A DNA stretch of 64,000 bases from contig CAVZVA010000011.1 of NCBI GenBank assembly GCA_963778655.1, positions 320,001-384,000 of the forward strand, read 5' to 3'. Positions 1 to 10,172 of the stretch are shown piece after piece. This stretch comes from an uncultured delta proteobacterium. GTDB lineage: Bacteria > Myxococcota_A > Polyangia > Polyangiales > JAFGIB01. Position 1 is the first letter of the stretch, and every line of letters begins with the position of its first letter. The translations under genes and the position numbers were made by a program. The notes under the pieces were generated by a model. That model had not been told where the DNA came from. It ran no database searches and saw only the letters and a program-made list of their open reading frames with translations.

Positions 1-402
1 AACTACCTCGCTGCTGCGCTGCCCAACTCGGGCGGCTACGCGACCGGCGGGCGCAGATTCCAAAATCCGAACCACATCACGCCGGTCATGACCGTGCACG
101 GCGCACCCGGGCTCGACGTGGTGATCGTCGATTTCTCGCAGCAGAGCCTGTTCCTCGCGGGCGACGTGGCGGCTCACGGCGGCTTTGCGATCGACTGCAA
201 TCACGGTGGCGGCCACGTCGGGGCGCTGGACGACGTGAAAATGGCCGGCTGGCAGTTCTTCAAGGATCACCCGTTCGGAGTCTGGCCCGAGCCGTATGCG
301 ATGGGACTGCCTGCGAGCTTTCCGACGTATTGCAAGATCATCACCGCGGCTGACGCCATCGCCAATCCGGATCCGCTCGACATGCCCGACGCCTCGTACT
401 GA
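1..402 (+). CDS. C-terminal part of a probable alpha/beta-hydrolase-fold (esterase/depolymerase-like) protein, 5'-truncated by window edge
   Basis: Frame is open from base 1 (NYLAAALPNSGG...MTVHG...DCNHGGGH...WQFFKDHP). The HG and GGGH motifs resemble esterase C-termini; codons are strongly GC3-biased. Confidence 0.5.
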   Translation, partial: NYLAAALPNSGGYATGGRRFQNPNHITPVMTVHGAPGLDVVIVDFSQQSLFLAGDVAAHGGFAIDCNHGGGHVGALDDVKMAGWQFFKDHPFGVWPEPYAMGLPASFPTYCKIITAADAIANPDPLDMPDASY

Positions 403-666
403 AGGGCACCGCACCCCGGACATTCCCGAGTAGCCCGCGCCATGTCCTGCCGCGCGCTACCGGGCCCGCTCAGCACACAATTCAAGCTCCTTGTCCGCCG
501 CCGTTGCCGCCACATAGGCGAAGGTTCATGCCCCAGCCTTACCCCAAAAGCGTGACCCTCCGCCCCGCCCACACCCGTTGACGCCGCTACGCCACCAGCC
601 CCAATTGCAGCTTTGTTTCTCTTGCTCGCTGGGAGGCCGCCGATCGCGCCCGATCTCCTCGGCCCC

Positions 667-1770
667 TCAGGTCACCTGACGGCGGAACAGCGCGACCGAA
701 ATCGAGAGGATCACCACGCCCAGCAACGTGAGCGCGAGCATCTGCGGCGCCACGTCCGCCAGCGTCGACCCTTTGAGCAGACAGCCGCGCAAGATTTCGA
801 TGAAGTGACGCATCGGGATCAGCAAGGTCAGCGGCTGCAGCCAGCCCGGCATGCTCGCGATCGGCGACATGAAGCCCGAGAGCAGCATGGTAGGCATCAT
901 GAAGGCCAGCGCCCCGAGCATCGCCTGTTGCTGCGAGCGGCTCAGCGTAGCGATCAGGATGCCGATGCCGAGCGTCGAGAACAGGTACAGGAACGCCCCC
1001 AGCCCCACCACCGCGAGCGAGCCGCGGATCGGGACCGCGAACAGGAACGAGCCCAAGATCAGGATCGCGCAGACGTCGATCAGGCCAAACACGATGAAGG
1101 GCAGGCACTTACCGGTGAGCAACGTGGTCGGGTGGATCGGCGTGACCATCAGCTGCTCGAGGGTGCCGGTCTCGCGCTCGCGCGCCAGCCCCATCGCCGT
1201 GACGATGGCGCTGATGTTGAGCAGCAGTGAGGCGAGGATTCCCGGCACCATGTAGACCGGAGTCTTGAGCCGCTGGTTGTACAGAATGCGCGCCACGATC
1301 GGGGGCGCGACCTGCGCCGCGACGCCGCGCAGCGCCAGAAACTGGGTGGCATCGGCGGCGGCGACCTGCGCGCGGATCGCGTCGGTGCCGTCGACGATGA
1401 CCTGCACCTGGGCGGCCTCTCGGCGCGCCAGCGTGGTGGCATAGCCGCGGGGCACGATGATCGCGGCGGCGGCGTCGCCGGATTCGAGCTCGGCTTGCGC
1501 GGCCCGCGGATCGAACACCGCGGCGTGCTCGCGAAAGGTGCCCTCTGCCATCATCTGCTGGATCAAGTCGCGGCTGAGCTGCGTGCGGTCTTGATCGCAA
1601 ACCACCGTCGGGATGTGATCGACCTCGAGGTTGACCGCGTAGCCGAAGCCCACCAGCTGGATCGCGGGCGCGGCGATCAGCGTGAAGACCATGCGGCGGT
1701 CGCGCAGGGTCTGGATCATCTCCTTCCTCGCCACGTTGAACAGCGAGCGAAGCGCGTCGAGCGGTCTCAT
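667..1770 (-). CDS. ABC-2 exporter permease (YbhR-like)
   Basis: MRPLDALR...ARKEMIQTLRDRR, ARERETGTLEQLMVTP, multiple TM helices; ATGA overlap with the upstream permease. Confidence 0.9.
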   Translation of the reverse strand: MRPLDALRSLFNVARKEMIQTLRDRRMVFTLIAAPAIQLVGFGYAVNLEVDHIPTVVCDQDRTQLSRDLIQQMMAEGTFREHAAVFDPRAAQAELESGDAAAAIIVPRGYATTLARREAAQVQVIVDGTDAIRAQVAAADATQFLALRGVAAQVAPPIVARILYNQRLKTPVYMVPGILASLLLNISAIVTAMGLARERETGTLEQLMVTPIHPTTLLTGKCLPFIVFGLIDVCAILILGSFLFAVPIRGSLAVVGLGAFLYLFSTLGIGILIATLSRSQQQAMLGALAFMMPTMLLSGFMSPIASMPGWLQPLTLLIPMRHFIEILRGCLLKGSTLADVAPQMLALTLLGVVILSISVALFRRQVT

Positions 1771-2871
1771 TCGAGCCTCCTGCGAAAGCGCCGGACGGCG
1801 ACCGCGAGCACACCGAGCGCAAAGCCCGCGAGCGCGAGGATCTGCGGCGCCAGCACCACGACGCCGTTGCCCTTGAGGAACACGCCGCGCAGCGCCACGA
1901 TGTAGTAGCGGCCTGGCACCGCGGCCGAGATCATGCGCAGCGGCCACGGCATGTTCGCGATCGGAAACAGGAAGCCGCCGAGCAAGGTGGTCGGCAACAT
2001 CGAGATCATGATCGAGAACTGCGACGACAGCAGCTGGCTCTTGGTGGCGACGCTGATCAGCAGGCCGAGGCCGAGCATGGCGAGCTGGAACAGCAGCGAG
2101 CACAGAAACAGCAGCCCGATCGAGCCGCGGATCGGCACGTCGAACATCCACGAGCCCAGCGTCACCACCAGCAGGGTCTGGATCATGCCGAGCACCGCGT
2201 ACGGCAGCAGCTTGCCCACGATGATCTCGGTGCGCCTCACCGGGGTCGCGAACAGCTGTTCCATGCTGCCGCGCTCCCATTCGCGCGCGACGGTGAGCGC
2301 GGTGAGCAGCGCCGACACCATGGACAGGATCAGCGCGATCACGCCGGGGACGATGCCGTAGGCCGAGCGCATCGCGGGGTTGAAGCGCGTCAGGATGCGG
2401 CGCCGGCGCGGCCGGCGGCGCGTTCGACGCGGCGAGCGTCTGCAGCACGCCCAGCGCGTCGCCGAGCGCGATGGTCGCGGTCGAGCTGTCGGCGCCATCG
2501 ACCAGCAGCTGCGCGCCGTTCGGCTCGCGGCGCAGCAGATTGCGCTGGTACCCGGGTGGGATCACCAGGGCGGCCTGCACGCGGCTGCGCCGAAACAGCG
2601 GCTCGGCCTGGTCGGGATCTTCCAGCTGGAACGCGGTCACGAACTGCCGGCCCGCCACCAGCGCCTCGGCCAGGCGCCGCGACGCCTGGGTGTGATCTTG
2701 ATCGACGACGGCGATCGGGATGTGGTCGACGTCGGTCGAGATGCCGTAGCCGAACAGGAGCAACATGACCACGGGCAACCCGAGCGCCAGGTAGAGCACC
2801 CGAATGTCGCGAATGATGTGCAGGATCTCCTTGTGGGAGATCGCGACGATTCGGCGCAGCGCCCGGCTCAC
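1767..2871 (-). CDS. ABC-2 exporter permease (YbhS-like), frameshifted near 2396-2420
   Basis: N-half VSRALRRIVAISHKEILHIIRD...VDGADSSTA is in one frame; C-half RILTRFNPAMRS...AREWERGSMEQLFATP is in another. Confidence 0.85.
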
Positions 2872-3788
2872 GAGGCGCCTCCGACCACCGCGAGAAAGAC
2901 GTCCTCCAGGGTCACTTCGGCGGCGGTGATGGCGCCGGCGTGTACGCCGCGCTGCGCCAGCGCCTGGCCGAGCGCGGCGGCGTCGGGGCCGTCGTCGCCG
3001 ACCCGCACGTGGAGCGCCGCCCCGAACGGCTCGACGCCGAGCACGCCCGGCACCGCCTTGACGTCCTCGCCGCGCGCGCCGCGCAGCTCGAGCATCTTGC
3101 CCGGGACGAACTGCTTCTTCAGCCGTGCCGGCGTGTCGAGCGCGGCCAGGCGGCCGGCGACCATCAACCCTACGCGATCGCAGTACTCGGCCTCGTCCAT
3201 GTAGTGGGTAGTCACGAAGATGGTCGTGCCGCCGGCCGCCAGCCGGCGGATCAACCGCCAGAAGCGGCGGCGCGCGCCAGGGTCGACGCCCGCGGTGGGC
3301 TCGTCGAGGAACAGGATCCGCGGCTCGTGCAGGATCGCGCAGGCCAGCGCCAACCGCTGGCGCAGACCTCCCGGCAGCGAGCCGGTGATCTGGTCGGCGA
3401 TGCCCTCGAGCTCGAGCGCCGCCTCGACCTCCTCGCTGCGGCGGCGCAGCCGCGCGCCGAACAGCCGGTACGCGCCGCCGAAGAACTGCAGGTTCTCGCG
3501 CACCGACAGATCCAGGTACAGGGAGAACTTCTGGGACATGTATCCGATCGCCCGGCGCACGTCGCGAGGATGGCGGATCACGTCGACCCCCGCGACCGAG
3601 GCGGCGCCATCGGAAGCCGAGAGCAATCCACACAGAATGCGGATCGTGGTCGACTTGCCGGCTCCGTTCGCCCCGAGGTAGCCGAAGATCTCGCCCGCCT
3701 TGACGTCGAACGAGACGTCGCGCACGGCGACGAACTCGCCGAACTTGCGGGTCAGCCCGCGCACCGTGATCGCGAGCGGCTCGTTCAC
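2868..3788 (-). CDS. ABC transporter ATP-binding protein
   Basis: Walker A GANGAGKST, signature LPGGLRQR, Walker B LFLDEPT, TTHYMDEAE. Confidence 0.95.
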   Translation of the reverse strand: MNEPLAITVRGLTRKFGEFVAVRDVSFDVKAGEIFGYLGANGAGKSTTIRILCGLLSASDGAASVAGVDVIRHPRDVRRAIGYMSQKFSLYLDLSVRENLQFFGGAYRLFGARLRRRSEEVEAALELEGIADQITGSLPGGLRQRLALACAILHEPRILFLDEPTAGVDPGARRRFWRLIRRLAAGGTTIFVTTHYMDEAEYCDRVGLMVAGRLAALDTPARLKKQFVPGKMLELRGARGEDVKAVPGVLGVEPFGAALHVRVGDDGPDAAALGQALAQRGVHAGAITAAEVTLEDVFLAVVGGAS

Positions 3789-4705
3789 GACGCGCTCCGC
3801 GCCGCCGCTTCGCGCGTGCGGGCCAGGAACAAGTCCTCGAACGTGGCGACCGCCGGCTGTACCTGCGCGCCCTCGGCTGCCAAGCGCTGCAGCACCCGCG
3901 CCTCCGCGCCGCTGCGCACCACCATCCGCAGATGGTCGCCCGACACCGTATAGGCGAGCACGTCGTCGTCACCCTCGATCGCCGCTTCCAGGCGATCGCG
4001 CTCGCCGCGCAGGGCGAACACCGGATGGTTGAGCCCGCGCAGCAGGTCGTCGGGCGCGCCCTCCTGCAGCAGGCGGCCCTGGTGCAGCAAGCCGACGCGG
4101 TGGCAGCGGGCGGCCTCGTCCATGTACGGGGTCGCGATCACGATCGCCATGCCCTCGGCCAGAAACTCGTGGAGCAGGTCCCAGAACTCGCGCCGGCTGA
4201 CCGGATCGACCCCGTTGGTCGGCTCGTCGAGCAAGAGCACCTTGGGCTCGTGCAGCAGCGCGCAGGCGAGCGCGAGCTTCTTGTACATGCCGCCCGACAG
4301 CGCCTCCGCGCGCCGCGTCTCGAAGCCGGCCAGCCGCGTGATCGCGAGCAGGCGGTCGCGGCGCGCGCGAAACGCGTCCCTCCCCAGCCCGTACATCTCG
4401 CGAAAGAACGCAAGATTCTCGGCGACGTTGAGATCGCCGTACAAGCTGTACTGCTGGGGCATGTAGCCGAGCATCTCGCGCACGGTCGTGCGCGGGTCGA
4501 AGGGATCCTGCTCCAACAGCCGCACCGAGCCGCCGTCGAGATCGATCAGCCCAGCGACCAGCCGCAGCGAGGTCGTCTTGCCGGCGCCGTCCGGCCCGAC
4601 CAGCCCGAAGATCTCGCCGGCGTCGATCCGCAGCGACACGCCCGCGACGGCGGGCTGCCCGGCGAAGCTCTTGTGCAGATCCGTCGCCTCGATCGCGGCG
4701 CTCAT
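3785..4705 (-). CDS. ABC transporter ATP-binding protein
   Basis: Starts MSAAIEATD, overlapping the HlyD stop; GPDGAGKTT, LSGGM, LLLDEPT. Confidence 0.95.
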   Translation of the reverse strand: MSAAIEATDLHKSFAGQPAVAGVSLRIDAGEIFGLVGPDGAGKTTSLRLVAGLIDLDGGSVRLLEQDPFDPRTTVREMLGYMPQQYSLYGDLNVAENLAFFREMYGLGRDAFRARRDRLLAITRLAGFETRRAEALSGGMYKKLALACALLHEPKVLLLDEPTNGVDPVSRREFWDLLHEFLAEGMAIVIATPYMDEAARCHRVGLLHQGRLLQEGAPDDLLRGLNHPVFALRGERDRLEAAIEGDDDVLAYTVSGDHLRMVVRSGAEARVLQRLAAEGAQVQPAVATFEDLFLARTREAAARSAS

Positions 4706-5745
4706 GGCGGCCGCTCGATCGTGACCTCGACCGGCATCCCGGCCCGCAGGCGCATGTCGGCGTTGGGGATGCGCACCTCCACCGCGTAGACCAAGCGCTC
4801 GCGATCCTCGCGCGTCTGGACGTTGCGCGGCGTGAACTCGGCCTGCGGCGACACGTAGTAGATCGTTCCGGCGAAGCTCTCGCCCGGATAGGGGTCGGCG
4901 ACCACGCGCACCTTGCGGCCCGGCGCCGCCGCGGCAAGCTGATCGTTGGGCAGGTAGAAGCGCGTGCGGGCGTCGGTGACGTCCGTGATCCGTAGGATCA
5001 CGGTGCCGGGCTGGACGGCCTCGCCCGGCTCGTGTACGCGCGTGGCGACCATCCCCGCTCGCGGCGCGAGCAAGCTGCACTCCCGCACCGCGACCTCCGC
5101 GCGCGAGACCGCCGCGGCCATGGCGTCGACGTTGTGCCCGGCGACCAGCGTCTGGGACGCGGCGGCGGTCCTGGAGGTGCTGGCTGCGCCCGCCTGGTCG
5201 CGGCTCGCGGCCTCCGCGGCCTGCTGCGCCGCGATCTGGCTGACCAGCGCGTCGTAGCGCGTTCGGGCGGTGTCGAGCGCGGCGTCGGCCAGCGCGCCGC
5301 TCTTGACCAGCCGCTGCGCGCGCGCGAGCTCGTCCTTGGCGAGCTGCGCCTGGGCCCGCAGCACCGCGAGCTGTGCCTTCGCGGCCGAGGCGCTGCTGAC
5401 CGCGGCCGACGCCGAGCGCCCCGCCGAGGAAGCGGTGGCGCGCGACGACTCGACCGCCGCCGTCGCCGCCCCCAGCTGGGCACGCGCCTGAGCCAGAGCC
5501 GCGTCTTGATCGCTGCAGTCGAGCTCGACCAGCGGCTGGCCCTGCTTGACCACGTCGCCCTCGCGCACGCTCACCTTGAGGATGCGGGTGGCGATGCGGC
5601 TGGTCACGTCGACGTCGACGCCCTCGATCACCCCGCTGCCCCCGGGCGGACCGTGACCCGCCGAGCGCAGATCGATCACCCGCACCGCCAGCGCGACGAT
5701 CAAGCCCGCGGCCAGCAGCCCGATGAAGATCAGCGCGCGTCTCAT
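4702..5745 (-). CDS. HlyD-family membrane fusion protein (YbhG-like)
   Basis: N-terminal anchor, lipoyl-like VREGDVVKQGQPLVELD, Ala-rich coiled coil, AEFTPRNVQTREDRERLVY motif. Confidence 0.93.
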   Translation of the reverse strand: MRRALIFIGLLAAGLIVALAVRVIDLRSAGHGPPGGSGVIEGVDVDVTSRIATRILKVSVREGDVVKQGQPLVELDCSDQDAALAQARAQLGAATAAVESSRATASSAGRSASAAVSSASAAKAQLAVLRAQAQLAKDELARAQRLVKSGALADAALDTARTRYDALVSQIAAQQAAEAASRDQAGAASTSRTAAASQTLVAGHNVDAMAAAVSRAEVAVRECSLLAPRAGMVATRVHEPGEAVQPGTVILRITDVTDARTRFYLPNDQLAAAAPGRKVRVVADPYPGESFAGTIYYVSPQAEFTPRNVQTREDRERLVYAVEVRIPNADMRLRAGMPVEVTIERPP

Positions 5746-5846
5746 GGGTACTGGTCCGTGCCGGAGCCGAGGCTATGTGAGCCTGCGCGAGAGGTAAACC
5801 CAAACCGCACAGGGGCAAACGGGTGGCCAACCAGGGTGCGCGGCGA

Positions 5847-8800
5847 TCAGCGGGCACCCATCTGGGTCGACACGGTCACGCCGCGCTCTTGCAAGGCCGT
5901 GGCCACGCCTTCGAGCAGGCTTGCGGGCAAGGGGCGCAGGCCGGCATTCGGCGCGACCTCCAGGATCAGCCCTCCGACCGCGCAGTAGGAGCAGGTCGCC
6001 CCGGCGCGCAGCACGAGCAAACGGTATGCCTTGCCGTCGGCCAGCGGCGGAGCTAGCGAGTCCACGGCGAGCTTCGGGGCCGGCGCCGCGCTCCAGCGGG
6101 GCGGCTCCGCTCGCGCCGCGAGCCCGCGCGCGGCGGCACTCGCAAGCGCATTGGCCGCCGCAGGGGGGTCGACCACCCGGGTGCAGTCGCAGTCGTCTTC
6201 GGAGAGCTGCGAGCGCGCGGCCTCCACCTGCTCGTGCAGCTGGGTCTCGAGCCCGCGCGGTGGCTCCTGCGGGGAGCTGGCCGCCATCAAGCGCACGCCC
6301 TCGCGGGTGAACAGGTAGAGATAGCCGGCCTTCGCGTGCGCCTCGCGCATGATCAGTTGCAGCGCGAAATCGCAGGGGTCGACGGCCTGGCTGAGCTCGC
6401 TCAGCGCGCAGCACAGACTGTGCTCAGCCGCGTTGCGAGGCTCGGCAGCAGCCTGCTCGCTGCCCGCCTCGTGCACGCCCGCCTGCACGGCGCGGGCGGC
6501 GAGCCGCTCCACACGGGCGACCAGCGCCGGGTTGCGGGTGCCGCGGAAGAGCCGGCCGGCCTCGACGAAATGCGCCTCGAATCCGGCCGCGTCCCCGACC
6601 TTCAGCGCGACGTCCGCGCGCGCCTCGTGCAGCAAGCCCAAGAGCAGCGGGTTTTCGAGATCTCGATGCTCGCCGAGCAGCGTGTCGAGCATGGCCACGG
6701 CGGCGCCGGTGCGACCGAGACCCGCCTCGGCCAGCGCGAGCTGGCGCTCGACCTCGAGGGACATGACCACTACCGTCTTGTCGTTCGCCGACACGTGAGA
6801 AAGCGCTTCGCTCGCCACCTGCTTGGCGCGCTGGTGCTGGCCGGCCGCGTTCAGCGCGGTCGCGAAGTACGCCCGCGTCGGCAGCCAGTAGGAGCGCCGC
6901 CCGGCGCCGAGCTCGGGCAGCAGGCGCTCGTAGGCTTCGATCGCGCCGGTGAGATCGCCGCGCAGCATCAAATACGCGGCATGCGCGGCATCGCGGTAGA
7001 CCTCCAGCGTAGGCACGCCCTTGGCCAGACGCGAAAGCTGCTCCCAGCTGCGGCGCGCGGCCACGGTGTCCGCCGAAAGGACGTCGGCATTGAGCAGCGC
7101 GACCGGCAGGAACATTTCCACCTGCCAGGTGGTGCCGCCGCGGCTCGCGCTGAGCTCGACCCGCTCGTGATAGCGGCGCCGCTCGTCCGCCTCGCCGAGG
7201 TAGGCGTGGTACATCATGCGCAGCTGATTGGCGACCGTCTCCCACGCGCGCACACCGAGCTGCTCCATTTCGCGGGCCAGCTCGAGCGCGCGCGGGTCGG
7301 AGGCGTAGCACAAGAGGATCGCCTGCGAATACAACATCCCGCCATACAGCGTCTTCCAGCGCGCCGGCGGCAGCGCGCCTTGCATGCGGGGCTCCTGCAT
7401 CCACGCGATCAGCTGGCCGTAGGCCTCGCCCGCCTCGTAGTTGAGCCCACGCGCGATCTTGGTGGCGGCGATGGCATGTGCGAACACGAACGCCGGAAAC
7501 TGCCCTTGCGCGAACAGCGACAGCGGTTGCAACAGCGACCGCAGCCGTTCGAGCCGCGCGGCGTCGAGCATGGTCGACAACACGCCGATCACGGCGGGCA
7601 GCGCGCCGCTGAAGGATGCGATCGCTTCCTCGAAGCTGTAGTCGAAGCCGCGCTTGCGCAGCGCGGAGAAGCGCGCCCGCGCGACGAAGGCGCCGACCCG
7701 CAACGCGAGCTTGCGCCCGAGCAGATGTCGCAGGCGAAAGGCCAACCCGAGCCCGGTTACCTCGAGCCCCACGCGCACGGTCTTCTCGGCATGATGCGCG
7801 ATCAGCCGCCACTCCGATGAGTAGTAGGCGAACGGCATCAGCGGAAACAACAGCGTCGCGAGCTCGTGGCTGGGGCGGCCCTGGCGCTCGTAGACGTCGA
7901 CCGCGTCCCGCAGCGCCCGTACGATGCCCCGAACGTCGCGGGCAGCGCCGTGGGCCTTCAGCAGACGGCGCGCCGTGCTCGCGAGCAGGTCGGCGCCCCG
8001 ACCCTCTTGGCCGGCATGCAGCAGCAGGAAGCCCGCCTCCATGCGTGCGTCCAGATCATCGTCTGACTGCGCGAGCAGCGCCTCGGCCGCGGCCTTGCGG
8101 CGCGCGCTGCGCCGCGCCGCGTCCATCTGCCCCAGCACCGCCTCGCGCAGCGTCTCTTGGCGAAAGCGCAGCGCGCCGCCCTCCATCGACAGGATACCGG
8201 CGACGATCAGCTCGTCGAGCGCGTCCTGGGCCTGGCCGTTGGCATGGGCGGCGAGCAGCAGAGCATGCTCGAGCGCCACCGGCTTGGCATAGATGCTGAG
8301 CGCCTCGACCAAATCGCGGGTCAGTGCGCTCAGCGGCGCGAGCCTGGCCAAGGCGATCTCCTCCATCCGGCTGGGCAGCTCGCCCTCGGCCACCTCCAGC
8401 GGCAGCACCCAGGTTCCGCTGGCATACTTGGCGATCCGTCTGGAAACCAACAGCTGCGCGAGGTCCATGAGCTGCTGGGGGTTGCCACCGCTGTTGTTGT
8501 ACAGCAGCAGGGCGACGCGACCGCAGTTGGCCACGTCGCCGAACAGCGCGCGTACCAGCTCTTCGCACGCCGCTGCGTCCAGACCGGCGAGCGGCACGCG
8601 GTTGGCTTGCTTGCGAAGCGCGCTGACCTGGGCCGGGGCCGCCACGGCGTCGCCCGTACGCAAGGTGGCCATCACCACCAGCGCTGCGCCGCGGCCTTCG
8701 CGCGACAGCGCGGCCAGCAGGGACGCCGAGCCTTCGTCCGCGGCTTGCAGGTCATCGACCGCGAGCAACAGCGGTTGGCGGCGGGCCGCCGACAGGAAGA

Positions 8801-10172
8801 GGTCGTGCAGAGCGGCATGCGCGCTCGCGCGCTGCTCTCGCGGGTCCGCCGCGAGCTCGGGAGCCGCGTCGGGAGCGAGCTGGGCCGTCAGCTCGGCCGA
8901 GAGCGGCGCGAGCACCTGAGCGTGCTTGGCCGCCTCGCTGCTCGCCAGCTCGGGACACGCGCGCAACAAGCTGCTCGCGAGCGCCGCGGCCGCTCCAAAC
9001 GGAGCCGGCGTCGCCTGGGCCTCGACCCCCAGCACCAGAAATCCGCCGAGCTGCGCCTCCAGGCTCAGCTCGCGCAACAGCCGCGTCCTGCCGATTCCCG
9101 CGGGACCTTCGATCACGATTTCGACACCGTGCCCGCGCCGGGCTCGCTCGAGGCGCTCGCGCACCCATTGGCGCTCGCCTTCGCGCCCGACCATGCGGCC
9201 GCTGCGCAGGTAGCTGTCGGCCGAGTGCTCGTGCTCTTCCGGCTCGAGCCCGCCGATGGCGGTCAAGCGCTCGATCACGGCCGCCGCGCTCTGCGGCCGC
9301 GCCAGCGGGTCGACCGACAGCAGCGAGAGCACCAGCGCGTCGAGCTCGGGCGGAATCCCCGGCGCGATCACGGACGGCGACATCGGTTGTCGCGTCCACA
9401 GCTTGGAGAGCTCGTCGACCCCGCGCGCAGGCCGCGCGTGCCGGCCCGTCAGCGTCCAGTAGGCGACCGCACCGAGCGCATACAGATCGGTACGCTGATC
9501 GAGCGGCATTCGGCGCAGGACCTCGGGCGCCATGCACGGGGGCGTACCGACAACCTCGCTCGCCGTCCCGAAGCTCGTGAGCGCGCCAAAGTCGATCAGC
9601 TTGGTGCGACCGTCCCGCGTCGCGCGCACGTTGCGCGGGCTGACGTCTCGGTGGACCAGGCCCTGCGCGTGGAGCAGGGCGAGCGAGGACGCGATGTCCC
9701 GCAGCCGCAGACAGGCCTGTTGCAGGTCGAGCGGCGCCAGTTGCTGCAAGTCTTGGCCGTCGAGCAGCTCCATCGTGTAGAAGGGCCCCGTCTCGTTCAG
9801 CCCGTAGTCGTAGACTTCGATGATCCGAGGGTGCCTGAGCCGGGCCAGCGTGTGGTATTCGCGCTCGAACAGCGCTTCGAGCTTTCTGCGCCGCTTGCCA
9901 AGCGCCGACGACGCGAGCTGCTTGAGCGCGACCACGCGGCCCGAAGCCTTGTCCTGGGCCCGGTACACGGTGCCCATCCCACCCGAGCCGAGCTCGCCGA
10001 GAATGATGTAGCGGCCCTCGCTGCTGGAGCTGGTGACCGCAAAAGGCGCAGGCAGCAGGCTCGATGCGGGGGCAAGCCGTACATCCGAGCCGGGCTCGGC
10101 CGCGGGCGGGCGCTCCGCCTGCCCGGCGGGTTCGGGGGGGGTGGAGAGGAGAGCCTGCGCTGGGTCAATCAT
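5847..10172 (-). CDS. Large Ser/Thr protein kinase with AAA/NTPase-like and helical domains
   Basis: LGSGGMG, VALK, HRDVSPRN, DFG, APE; then VGRE and IEGPAGIGRTRL; start MIDPAQ overlaps the EAL gene stop (ATGA). Confidence 0.9.
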   Translation of the reverse strand: MIDPAQALLSTPPEPAGQAERPPAAEPGSDVRLAPASSLLPAPFAVTSSSSEGRYIILGELGSGGMGTVYRAQDKASGRVVALKQLASSALGKRRRKLEALFEREYHTLARLRHPRIIEVYDYGLNETGPFYTMELLDGQDLQQLAPLDLQQACLRLRDIASSLALLHAQGLVHRDVSPRNVRATRDGRTKLIDFGALTSFGTASEVVGTPPCMAPEVLRRMPLDQRTDLYALGAVAYWTLTGRHARPARGVDELSKLWTRQPMSPSVIAPGIPPELDALVLSLLSVDPLARPQSAAAVIERLTAIGGLEPEEHEHSADSYLRSGRMVGREGERQWVRERLERARRGHGVEIVIEGPAGIGRTRLLRELSLEAQLGGFLVLGVEAQATPAPFGAAAALASSLLRACPELASSEAAKHAQVLAPLSAELTAQLAPDAAPELAADPREQRASAHAALHDLFLSAARRQPLLLAVDDLQAADEGSASLLAALSREGRGAALVVMATLRTGDAVAAPAQVSALRKQANRVPLAGLDAAACEELVRALFGDVANCGRVALLLYNNSGGNPQQLMDLAQLLVSRRIAKYASGTWVLPLEVAEGELPSRMEEIALARLAPLSALTRDLVEALSIYAKPVALEHALLLAAHANGQAQDALDELIVAGILSMEGGALRFRQETLREAVLGQMDAARRSARRKAAAEALLAQSDDDLDARMEAGFLLLHAGQEGRGADLLASTARRLLKAHGAARDVRGIVRALRDAVDVYERQGRPSHELATLLFPLMPFAYYSSEWRLIAHHAEKTVRVGLEVTGLGLAFRLRHLLGRKLALRVGAFVARARFSALRKRGFDYSFEEAIASFSGALPAVIGVLSTMLDAARLERLRSLLQPLSLFAQGQFPAFVFAHAIAATKIARGLNYEAGEAYGQLIAWMQEPRMQGALPPARWKTLYGGMLYSQAILLCYASDPRALELAREMEQLGVRAWETVANQLRMMYHAYLGEADERRRYHERVELSASRGGTTWQVEMFLPVALLNADVLSADTVAARRSWEQLSRLAKGVPTLEVYRDAAHAAYLMLRGDLTGAIEAYERLLPELGAGRRSYWLPTRAYFATALNAAGQHQRAKQVASEALSHVSANDKTVVVMSLEVERQLALAEAGLGRTGAAVAMLDTLLGEHRDLENPLLLGLLHEARADVALKVGDAAGFEAHFVEAGRLFRGTRNPALVARVERLAARAVQAGVHEAGSEQAAAEPRNAAEHSLCCALSELSQAVDPCDFALQLIMREAHAKAGYLYLFTREGVRLMAASSPQEPPRGLETQLHEQVEAARSQLSEDDCDCTRVVDPPAAANALASAAARGLAARAEPPRWSAAPAPKLAVDSLAPPLADGKAYRLLVLRAGATCSYCAVGGLILEVAPNAGLRPLPASLLEGVATALQERGVTVSTQMGAR

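Noticed and set aside
403..666. tmRNA tag-like peptide (ETKLQLGLVA*) or IS end in the first intergenic gap
   Set aside because: No tRNA-like domain, transposase or paired terminal repeats; only an ordinary hairpin near 425-464.
667..3972. 1101-aa ORF as a single large protein
   Set aside because: Artefact of frame continuity plus the permease frameshift; it stitches parts of separate genes to shadow-frame sequence.
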